64,000 nt of DNA from positions 3,895 to 67,894 of the forward strand of contig CAVSKC010000007.1 in the NCBI GenBank assembly GCA_963728425.1, read 5' to 3'. Numbering within the stretch: the first letter of the stretch is position 1; every line of letters starts with the position of its first letter. Below the pieces are notes generated by a model that saw nothing but the letters and a program-made list of their open reading frames with translations, searched no databases and was not told the origin of the DNA. Shown piece after piece: positions 21,173 to 29,453 of the stretch. The translations under genes were made by a program, and so were the position numbers. The stretch is from an uncultured Actinomycetota bacterium. Its GTDB lineage: Bacteria; Actinomycetota; Actinomycetes; JACCUZ01.

Positions 21173-22079
21173 ATGGCACACGCAGTCGTGACCGGGCCGG
21201 CCGCCCCCGAGGACGTCACCCAGGTCGTCCCTGTCCCGGAGCCCCGGGGGTTCAGCCCGCGGAACAGCTGTCCGCTACGTCGTCCTCGCCCTGGGCGCGG
21301 TCGTCTTCCTGTTCCCCTTCTACTACATGCTCGTCGGCTCGTTCCAGGCCGAGTCCGACACGTCGATCGGCGGCGCGTTCCCCATCGGCGGGTGGACGTT
21401 GAACAACTACAAGGAGATCAACTCCCGGGTCGACCTGGTGCAGTCGCTGGCCAACTCCGGCATCGTCACCGGCGGGGTCATCCTGTGCACCGTCGTCTTC
21501 GGGGTCCTCGCTGGCTACGCCCTCGCCGTGTTGCACTTCCGCGGTCGCGGCAGCCTGTTCGCAGCCATGCTGCTCGTGCAGCTGGTGCCGTTCCAGCTGC
21601 TGATCATCCCGCTCTACGTGATGATCGTCCGCAGCTACGGCCTGGCCGACTCCTACCTCGGCATGATCGTGCCGTTCGCGATCAACTCGACGGCGGTCTT
21701 CGTCTTCCGGCAGTTCTTCCTGCAGCTGCCCGAGGACCTCTTCTCCGCGGCCCGGATCGACGGCGCGGGAGAGCTGCGCATCCTCTGGTCGATCGCGTTG
21801 CCGCTGGTGCGACCGGCGCTGCTGACCGTGACGCTGCTGACCTTCATCGGGCCGTGGAACGAGTTCCTCTGGCCGTTCCTCATCACCAAGGACAACAGCA
21901 TGCAGCCGCTGGCGGTGTCGCTGGCCAACTACCTGTCCAACGTGGCGGGCCGGGCCAGCAACCCCTTCGGGGCGATCCTCGCCGGCGCCGTCGTGCTCGC
22001 GGCGCCCGCCGTCGCGCTGTTCGTGGCGTTCCAGCGGCACTTCACCTCGTCCGACCTCGGCTCCGGCGTGAAGGGCTGA
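21173..22079 (+). pseudogene. carbohydrate ABC transporter permease (MalG/UgpE-like), one frameshift near 21265
   Basis: The ATG at 21173 frame (MAHAVVTGPAAPEDVTQVVPVPEPRGFSPRNS) has to shift into the frame of ORF 21327..22079. Upstream of 21327 that frame reads ...VRYVVLALGAVVFLFPFYYMLVGSF, the conserved first TM, but it has no start codon after the stop at 21189. The EAA loop is ...EDLFSAARIDGAGELRILWSIALPLVRPAL. Confidence 0.8.
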
Positions 22080-22081
22080 CC

Positions 22082-23152
22082 GTGCCGCTGCAGACAGACG
22101 TCGTCCCGTACTCCCTGACCAGGCTCGGCGTGGTCATGTCGCCGCAGGAAGGTGACCCGCTCGAGGCGCTGGGCGTCCTCAACCCCGCCAGCGGGCGCAG
22201 CCCGGACGGCACCCTGTACCTGCTGCCCCGGCTGGTGGCCGCGGGCAACGTCTCGCGGGTGGGGCTCGCCGAGGTCGTGGTCGAGGACGGTGTCCCGGTC
22301 GGCGTCGAGCGGCGGGGAGTGGTGCTCGAGCCGGACGAGGGCTGGGAGCGCGGCGCGAACAACGCCGGCGTCGAGGACCCCCGCACCACCTGGGTGCCCT
22401 CGCTCGGGATGCACCTCATGACCTATGTGGCCTTCGGCCCGCTCGGCCCTCGGCTGGCGCTGGCGGTGTCGGCCGACCTGCGCGAGTGGCGCCGGCTCGG
22501 CCCGGTGCAGTTCGCCTACCAGCCGGACCTCGACACCGACCTGTGCATGTTCCCGAACAAGGACGCGGTGTTCTTCCCGGAACCCGTGCCCGACCCGCAC
22601 GGCCGTCCGGCCCTCGCCATGCTGCACCGCCCGATGTGGGACCTCGGCTGGTTCCGCGAGGGCGAGACCGTGCACCTGCCCGCGGGCATCACCGACGAGC
22701 GGCCGGGGATCTGGATCTCCTACGTCCCGGTCGACGAGGTCATGGCTGACATCCGGGCCCTGGCCCGGCCCCGCGACCACCGGTGCGTCGCGATGTCCGA
22801 GCACCCGTACGAGGCGCTCAAGATCGGCGCCGGCCCGCCGCCGATGCGCGTCGACGCGGGCTGGCTGCTGATCCACCACGGGGTCACCGGTGAGGCCCCG
22901 GTGGGCTTCGACCCCACCACCCAGCGGGTCGAGTACGCGGCCGGAGCAATGCTGCTCGACCCCGACGACCCGTCGCGTGTCCTCGCGCGCACGGCCGAGC
23001 CGATCCTCGCGCCGGAGACGGACGACGAGCGGTCCGGCACGGTGCCCAACGTGGTCTTCCCGACGGCGATCGAGGAGGTCGACGGGACCGCCTACGTCTT
23101 CTACGGCATGGCCGACTCCAAGATCGGCGTGGCGCGGCTCGACCACACGTGA
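22082..23152 (+). CDS. glycoside hydrolase family 130 protein (beta-mannoside phosphorylase/mannosidase family; no signal peptide)
   Basis: From the GTG at 22082, in the frame of ORF 21173..23152: VPLQTDVVPYSLTRLGVVMSPQEGDPLEALGVLNPASGRSPDGTLYLLPRLVAAGNVSRVGLAEV...GVEDPRTTWVPSLGMHLMTYVAFGP...FPNKDAVFFPE...YGMADSKIGVARL. This matches my memory of the DUF377/GH130 five-bladed propeller family. Confidence 0.6.
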   Translation: MPLQTDVVPYSLTRLGVVMSPQEGDPLEALGVLNPASGRSPDGTLYLLPRLVAAGNVSRVGLAEVVVEDGVPVGVERRGVVLEPDEGWERGANNAGVEDPRTTWVPSLGMHLMTYVAFGPLGPRLALAVSADLREWRRLGPVQFAYQPDLDTDLCMFPNKDAVFFPEPVPDPHGRPALAMLHRPMWDLGWFREGETVHLPAGITDERPGIWISYVPVDEVMADIRALARPRDHRCVAMSEHPYEALKIGAGPPPMRVDAGWLLIHHGVTGEAPVGFDPTTQRVEYAAGAMLLDPDDPSRVLARTAEPILAPETDDERSGTVPNVVFPTAIEEVDGTAYVFYGMADSKIGVARLDHT

Positions 23153-24366
23153 CACGCACCCTCGGACTTGGCCTGGCCGGCGCCGGCCGGTTCGGCGCGT
23201 TCCTCGCCGCGGCGGTCGCCGACCTGCCCGGCCTGCAGGTGCAGGCAGTGGCCGACCCCGACCAGGCGCGCGCGACGGAGCTGGCAGCAGCCCACAGTGC
23301 CAGGGCGACCGCCGCATGGCAGGACCTGCTCGCGGACGACCGGATCGACGTCGTGGCCGTCGTCACCCCGCCGCACCTGCACGCCGAGGTCGCCATCGCC
23401 GCGCTGACGGCCGGCAAGCACGTGCTCGCCGAGAAGCCGGTCGCGACCACCGTCGCCGACGCCCGCGAGGTCGCGGCCGCCGCGGCCGTCTCCGGTCGCC
23501 AGCTCGTGGTCGACCACGTGCTCCGCTACAACCCGCTGCTCCAAGCGCTGGTCATCCTGCAGGCCGAGCTGCTCGGGCCGGTGCAGCGCTTCGCGTTCGA
23601 GAACGACGCCAGCGACGAGCACCTGCCCCCGGATCACTGGTTCTGGGACGAGGCGACCAGCGGTGGCATCTTCCTCGAGCACGGCGTGCACTTCTTCGAC
23701 GCCGCGCACCTGCTGCTCGGCACCGAACCCCTGGCCGTGTCGGCGACCGCCGCCCGGCGCGCGGACGGCACGACCGACCTCGTGAGCGCCACCGCGCTGC
23801 ACCCCGGCGGGGTGCTCGCGACCCACACGCACGGCTTCAGTCACGCGGACCGGTGCGAGCGACAGGCCTGGCGGCTGGACCACGGCACCGCCGAGGTGCG
23901 GGTCGAGGGCTGGATCCCGCTGCGGGCCCGGGTCGAGGCGTGGACCGACGACGCCGGCGCCGAGACGGCGTACGGCCTGCCTGGCCGGGCCGCCGCGCTG
24001 TTCGAGGTGCCGGGTCACCGGCTCGGGCCGGGCTCCGGGATCACGGCCGTGGTGCATCGCGACGCCGGAGCGCCGGCAGCCCGGGGTCGTGGCCGCGACC
24101 TCGTTCTGCCGCACCGGGTCGTGCTCGAGCTCGTGCTCGGCGACGACGGCGCCAAGCAGCGCGTGTACGCCGAGAGCGTGCGCGCCGCGGCCGCCGACCT
24201 CGTGTCCGCCGCTGCCGGCGGACCAGCGGTGCGCTCGGGCCCGGCCCAGGCGCTGGCCGCGACGACGGTCGCCGACGCCGCGCGGCGGGCCGCCGCCGAG
24301 GGCAGGCAGATCCGCCCAGACCTCCGGAACGTCACCGACCACCGACCCCATGTGAGGACCCCATGA
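23149..24366 (+). CDS. Gfo/Idh/MocA family NAD(P)-dependent oxidoreductase
   Basis: The GTG overlaps the GH130 stop (GTGA). It has the Rossmann N-terminus LGLGLAGAGRFGAFLA and the family motif HVLAEKPVA. The ORF is an intact 405 aa. Confidence 0.8.
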   Translation: MTRTLGLGLAGAGRFGAFLAAAVADLPGLQVQAVADPDQARATELAAAHSARATAAWQDLLADDRIDVVAVVTPPHLHAEVAIAALTAGKHVLAEKPVATTVADAREVAAAAAVSGRQLVVDHVLRYNPLLQALVILQAELLGPVQRFAFENDASDEHLPPDHWFWDEATSGGIFLEHGVHFFDAAHLLLGTEPLAVSATAARRADGTTDLVSATALHPGGVLATHTHGFSHADRCERQAWRLDHGTAEVRVEGWIPLRARVEAWTDDAGAETAYGLPGRAAALFEVPGHRLGPGSGITAVVHRDAGAPAARGRGRDLVLPHRVVLELVLGDDGAKQRVYAESVRAAAADLVSAAAGGPAVRSGPAQALAATTVADAARRAAAEGRQIRPDLRNVTDHRPHVRTP

Positions 24367-24773
24367 GCACCGCAGCATCGACCGGGAACGCCGGTCCTCG
24401 CCCCGCCGAGCGGGTGGACAAGCCCTGGGGGCACGAGCAGATCTTCGCGGTCGTGGAGGGTCGCTACGTCGGCAAGCTGCTGACCGTCAACGCCGGTGAG
24501 TCGCTCTCACTGCAGTACCACGAGCAGAAGGACGAGACGATCGCGCTCGTCTCGGGCCGGGCCGAGCTGGACCTGGGCACCGCAGCCGACAGCCTGCGCA
24601 GCATCGCGCTGGAGGTCGGTACGTCGGTGCACGTGCCGCCCGGACTGCTGCACCGGCTGCGCGCCCTCGACGACTCGGTGCTGGTCGAGGCGTCCACCGC
24701 CGACCCGGGCTGGCGCGCAGACGTAGTCCGCCTCGAGGACCGCTACGGCCGCGACGGCACGAGCGCACCGTGA
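24363..24773 (+). CDS. cupin domain protein, type II phosphomannose-isomerase-like
   Basis: The ATG overlaps the upstream stop (ATGA). ...VDKPWGHEQIFAVVEGRYVGKLLTVNAGESLSLQYHEQKDETIALVSGRAELDLG...VHVPPGLLHRL... resembles the PMI type II C-terminal cupin signature (PWG...K.i.v.pG..lSlQ.H..r.E). Confidence 0.65.
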   Translation: MSTAASTGNAGPRPAERVDKPWGHEQIFAVVEGRYVGKLLTVNAGESLSLQYHEQKDETIALVSGRAELDLGTAADSLRSIALEVGTSVHVPPGLLHRLRALDDSVLVEASTADPGWRADVVRLEDRYGRDGTSAP

Positions 24774-24817
24774 ACCACCCCGCCCACTCCGACCCGAACC
24801 ACACCGCTGGAGACCAG

Positions 24818-26862
24818 ATGAAGTCCACCCGCCGCACCGTCGTCGCCCTCGTGCTCGCCCTGCTCGCAGCGCTGGTGGTGGCCCTGCCCGCCAGCCCGCC
24901 CGCCATGGCGGCTGCCCCGCTGACCAACCTCGCCCACCTCGACTGGCTCGGCGACCGGGTGGCTCCGCCGACCCAGGCGGGCCACACGACGTACCGGATC
25001 GACAGCGAGCCGCAGATCGGCGTGCTGTGGACCTACGCCGACCGGCAGCCCGACGGGTCGTACAAGCGGATCGGCGGCGGGGGACTGAAGCCGGACGGGG
25101 TCAACTGGGGGCAGGGCGCCTTCAACTCAGATGACGTGTCCCGCGCGGCGGTCGTCTACCGCGGCACTGGCAGCTGACCGGCTCGGAGACGAGCAAGCAC
25201 AAGGCCTACGAGATGCTCCGAGGGCTGGCGTACTTCCAGACCGTCGACGGGCCGAACGCGGGCAACGTGATCCTCTGGATGCAGCCGGACGGTCGGCTGA
25301 ACCCTGTTGCCGATCCCCCGGAGTTGCCCAGCCCGTCGGACTCGGGCGAGTCGTACTGGCTGGCGCGCACGACGTGGGCCCTCGGAGAGGCGTACGCGGC
25401 GTTCCACGGCTCGGTCGACCCGGCGGACCAGGCGTTCGCCGGCTTCCTCGCCGACCGGCTCGACCTCGCCGTCGGCGCGCTCCAGCGCCAGACGCTGACG
25501 TCTGTCCGCTACGGCCACTACCTCCAGGTCGACGGCCAGCCGACCCCGGCCTGGCTGGTCGTCGACGGTGCCGACGCCACGGCGGAGGCAGTGCTCGGCC
25601 TGTCGGCGTACGTCGGTGCAGGTGCACCGGATGCGGCGCGGGACGTGCTGGCGAAGCTCTCCGAGGGCATCGCCCGGATGGGTGATGGCGACGCCCGGTC
25701 GTGGCCGTTCGGCGCTGTGCTGCCCTGGGGCATCTCGCTCGCTGACTGGCACGCCTGGGCGTCGCAGATGCCGGCCGCGCTGGCCCATGCCTCGGCGGCA
25801 CTGGGTGACAGTTCGCTCGTTGCGCCGGCGGTACGTGACTCGGCGACCTTCGACCCGTGGCTGCTGACCTCGGGGGGACCCGACAACGGCCGGCTGCCGA
25901 CCCGGATCGACGGCTCCCAGATCGCCTACGGCGTCGACTCCCGGCTGCAGTCGCTGCTGGCCACAGCCGACGTCACCGGCTCGGCAGGCATCCGTCGCCT
26001 GGCCGGCATCGTCGCGGCCTGGTACTTCGGCGCGAACGCCTCCGGCCAGCCGGGCTACGACCCGGCGACCGGGCGCCCCGTCGACGGCGTCGAGGCCAAC
26101 GGCAACGTGAACCACAACGCGGGCGCCGAGTCGACCATCCACGCCTTGCTGTCGATGATCGCTCTGGACGCCAACCCGGACGTGGCAGCCGAGGCGCAGA
26201 ACGTTGCCTCGATCAGCAAGCGGGACGGGAACGTCGACGTCCAGGCCGAGGCGGGGACGACGGGCGGCGGGGCGCAGGTCGTCACGCTGCAGGACGGCTG
26301 GACCGGGGAGTCGAAGTACGGCGGCACCGGATACGTGTCCCTGCCTGACGGTGGCACGCTGACCATCCCGGTGGGTGACGGTGGGCCGCGGCTGGTCCAC
26401 GCGGTCGTGAACCTGGAGCCCGGCAGCACCGCGGTCACCACGTTCAGCGCCGGAGGCCTCGAGCTCGGCACGGTGAGCTCCGGCGCGGTCGGGCCGCAGG
26501 GGGCCTCCCCGGCGCTGGGCGCGCTGCTGCCCGTCACCCTGGCCGTCACCCTGCCGCCGGGGCAGACGTCGGTCACGGCCACCACCGTGGCTAGCGGCGG
26601 CGACGCAGCCCTGCTGGACGCCCTGATGGTCGAGCCGCTGGTCTCCCGGCTGGTTCTCGCCGGGCCCAGCCACGGAACGGCGTTGCTGCGCAGCGCGGCT
26701 ACCGACGACCAGCAGGCAACGGTGTCGGTGGTCGGCAAGGCCCCCGCCAAGGTCGAGGTCTACGACGGCAGGGGACGCCGGGTGGGCCTGTCGCTCGTCA
26801 AGGCGCCAGGCGCCGTCCAGGTCCCCGTCGTGGCGGGAGGCTTCACCATCGTCCGGCGGTGA
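24818..26862 (+). pseudogene. secreted protein of unknown function with a C-terminal beta-rich domain (putative glycan-active enzyme), one frameshift near 25163
   Basis: The ATG at 24818 follows GGAGA. The signal peptide is MKSTRRTVVALVLALLAALVVALPASPPAMAAAP. ORF 24770..25177 ends at ...AAVVYRGTGS*, and the frame of ORF 25213..26862 reads upstream as LRHWQLTGSETSKHKAYEMLRGLAYFQ. Helical-repeat-like segments are present (YWLARTTWALGEAY, NHNAGAESTIHALLSM). The C-terminal roughly 230 aa are Gly/Thr/Val-rich. Confidence 0.45.
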
Positions 26863-26872
26863 TGATGGGCAG

Positions 26873-27754
26873 GTGACCTCCGAGCTCGAGCTGCCGAGCA
26901 ACCTGGTCGACGCCGCCGCCCAGGACCTCCACGAGCGGCGGCGCGACTGGGTGACCCGACTGCCGGGCATCGTGGCCGACCTTGCCGACCGGTGGGACCT
27001 GACGCTCGACGAGCCGTTCCAACCCGGCGGTCAGACGGCGTGGGTGGCCCCGGCGCGGGACCCCGCCGGTCGCGACCTGGTGCTCAAGGCAGGCTGGACC
27101 AGCGTCGAGTCCCGGCACGAGGCCGCCGGGCTGCGGCTGTGGGCCGGCCGCGGGACTGTCCTGGTGCACGCTGACCACGTCGACGGTGACACCTCCGCAC
27201 TGCTGCTCGAACGAGCCCGGCCCGGCACCGAGCTGGGCCGGTCGGTGCCCGAGGAGGAGCAGGACACGGTGGTCGCCGGGCTGCTCCGGCGGCTCTGGGT
27301 GCAGCCGCCGGCCGGGCACGAGTTCCGCCCGCTGGCGCAGATGTGCGAGCAGTGGGCCCAGGAGCACGAGGAGGACCCGCGGCGCAGCCTCGACCCCGGC
27401 GTTACCCGGGCCGGCCTCGAGCTGTGGCGCAGCCTGCCGCTCACCGCCGAGCGTGACGAGCTGCTGCTCACCGACCTGCACGCGGGCAACGTGCTGTCGG
27501 CCGGGCGGGAACCCTGGCTGGTGATCGACCCCAAGCCGTACCTCGGCGACCCGGCGTACGACCCCCTGCAGCACCTGCTGAACTGCCCCGGCCGCTTGCA
27601 GGCAGACCCGGCCGGCCTGGCCGACCGGATGGCGGGCCTCTGCGAGCTCGACCCCGAGCGGTTCCGGCGCTGGCTGTTCGCCCGGTGCGTGGTCGAGTCC
27701 CCGTGGTGGCCCGAGCTGGCCCCGGTGGCCTCGGCGCTAGCCCGAATGGCGTAA
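26873..27754 (+). CDS. aminoglycoside phosphotransferase family protein, streptomycin 6-kinase (APH(6))-like
   Basis: Intact 293-aa ORF. It contains ...LVLKAGW...AAGLRLWAGRG...LLLERA.PG..L... and the catalytic region LLTDLHAGNVLSAGREPWLVIDPKPYLGDPAYD, as in the APH(6)/hydroxyurea-kinase family. Confidence 0.6.
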   Translation: MTSELELPSNLVDAAAQDLHERRRDWVTRLPGIVADLADRWDLTLDEPFQPGGQTAWVAPARDPAGRDLVLKAGWTSVESRHEAAGLRLWAGRGTVLVHADHVDGDTSALLLERARPGTELGRSVPEEEQDTVVAGLLRRLWVQPPAGHEFRPLAQMCEQWAQEHEEDPRRSLDPGVTRAGLELWRSLPLTAERDELLLTDLHAGNVLSAGREPWLVIDPKPYLGDPAYDPLQHLLNCPGRLQADPAGLADRMAGLCELDPERFRRWLFARCVVESPWWPELAPVASALARMA

Positions 27755-27873
27755 CTCTTAGCAATACCTTTACTACAACGTGTAACTAACAGGACCCTGT
27801 CATCGATGGACCAGGCGAGCTGGCGGCGTGTTCATTCGCTGTCGCCGCCGTCGGAATCGTGGAAGTGGGGCAG

Positions 27874-29453
27874 ATGATGCAGCGCCAGCGGGGTCGTCGG
27901 ATCGCGGCAGGGTCGGTCGCGACCGTCCTGTCGCTCGCCCTGCTCGGCGGGTCGGCAGCTCCGGCCCAGGCCGGCCTGCTGGACGGCCTCACCAGCACGC
28001 TCACCGGCACCCTGACCGCCACGACCACGTTGGTGACCGGCACGCTGAACAGCCTGCTCGGCCCGACCGGCTGGATCGTCGACGACGGCGTCACGCGGAT
28101 GGACCATGTCGCCGCCGTGATAGGTGCCGACCGCCTCTACGCCCGCGGCTACGACCGGCAAGGGTGTCGGGGTGGCGCTGGTCGACACCGGGGTGGTGCC
28201 GGTGCAGGGGCTGACCTCCGGCAACGTCGTCAACGGTCCCGACCTCTCCTTCGAGAGCCAGTCGGACCAGCACCGCTACCTCGACACGTTCGGCCACGGC
28301 ACCCACATGGCCGGGATCATCGCGGGCAACGACCCGCAGACGCTGCTCGGCCTGAGCCGGTTCCAGGGCATCGCGCCGGGCGCCCGGCTGACGAGCGTGA
28401 AGGTTGCCACCACCGAGGGCGCCGTGGACGTCTCCCAGGTGGTCGCGGCCGTCGACTGGGTCGTGGCGCACCGCAACGACGACCCGCGCAACCCGACCCG
28501 CGTGCTGAACCTGTCCTACGGCACCGACGGCATGCAGGACTACCGCCTCGACCCGCTGACGCACGCTGTCGAGAACGCCTGGCGGGCGGGCATCGTCGTC
28601 GTCGTCTCTGGCGGCAACAACGGGACCGACAGCCCTCGCCTCAACAACCCGGCGTACGACCCGTACGTCCTCGCGGTCGGGGCATCGGACACCCAGGGCA
28701 CCGTGGACGCCGGGGACGACGTCGTCCCGGCGTTCAGCAGCCGCGGGGACGCCAGCCGCCGGGTCGACCTGGTTGCTCCTGGCCGGTCGATCACGTCGCT
28801 GCGCGACCCGGGCTCCACCTCGACGACGCGTACCCCAGCGCCCGGGTCGACACCCGCTTCTTCAAGGGCAGCGGCTCCTCGCAGGCCGCCGCTGTGGTCT
28901 CCGGTGCGGTGGCCCTGCTGCTGCAGAGCCGCCCGGGCCTGACGCCCGGACCAGGTCAAGGCGCTGCTGCGCCAGTCGGCCGAGGCATGCCCGCCGCGGA
29001 CACGGCCGGACGTGGCGCCGGCGAGCTCGACGTCTACCGCGCGTTCCTGGCCGCGACCCCGACGAGCGACCCAGACCTGGCCGCCCTCGACCGGGCTCGG
29101 CTCGATCGAGAAGGCGCGCGGCACCCAGCACGTCGCCGACGACGGCGTCGAACTGACCGGCGAGAAGCAGGTCCTCGGACCGTTCGACGCGAAGACCTGG
29201 GCGTCCGCCAGCGCCGCCTTCACCGCCTGGAACGGCGGGGTCTGGGCGGGCGGTGCCTCCTGGACCGGAAGGCGTGGTCGGGGCCGACTGGGCGGGCAAG
29301 TCGTGGTCGGGTGAGACCTGGTCCGGCAAGTCGTGGTCCGGCAAGTCCTGGTCCGGCACCGCGTGGTCGAGCACGACCTGGACCGGCAGCAGCTGGGTCG
29401 GCAAGTCGTGGTCCGGCACGTCCTGGTCTTCGGCCGGGTGGAACGGGCCATGA
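27874..29453 (+). pseudogene. secreted S8 (subtilisin-like) serine peptidase with a C-terminal Trp-repeat tail; at least 7 frame breaks as sequenced
   Basis: The signal peptide is MMQRQRGRRIAAGSVATVLSLALLGGSAAPAQA. The catalytic Asp is in GVGVALVDTG and the His in HGTHMAG (both ORF 28124..28942). The Ser is in FKGSGSSQAAAVVSGAVALL (ORF 27859..29481 frame). The tail is QTWPPSTGLGSIEKARGTQHV...(ORF 29012..29314) followed by WAGKSWSGETWSGKSWSGKSWSGTAWSSTTWTGSSWVGKSWSGTSWSSAGWNGP* (ORF 29253..29453). Breaks lie near 28153, 28815, 28945, 28990, 29067, 29262 and 29283. Confidence 0.8.
29286..29440 (+). repeat. about 15-nt periodic coding repeat (xxWSG)n in the S8 peptidase tail
   Basis: The DNA reads ggcaagtcgtggtcgggt gagacctggtccggc aagtcgtggtccggc aagtcctggtccggc accgcgtggtcgagc acgacctggaccggc agcagctgggtcggc aagtcgtggtccggc acgtcctggtcttcg. 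Confidence 0.8.
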
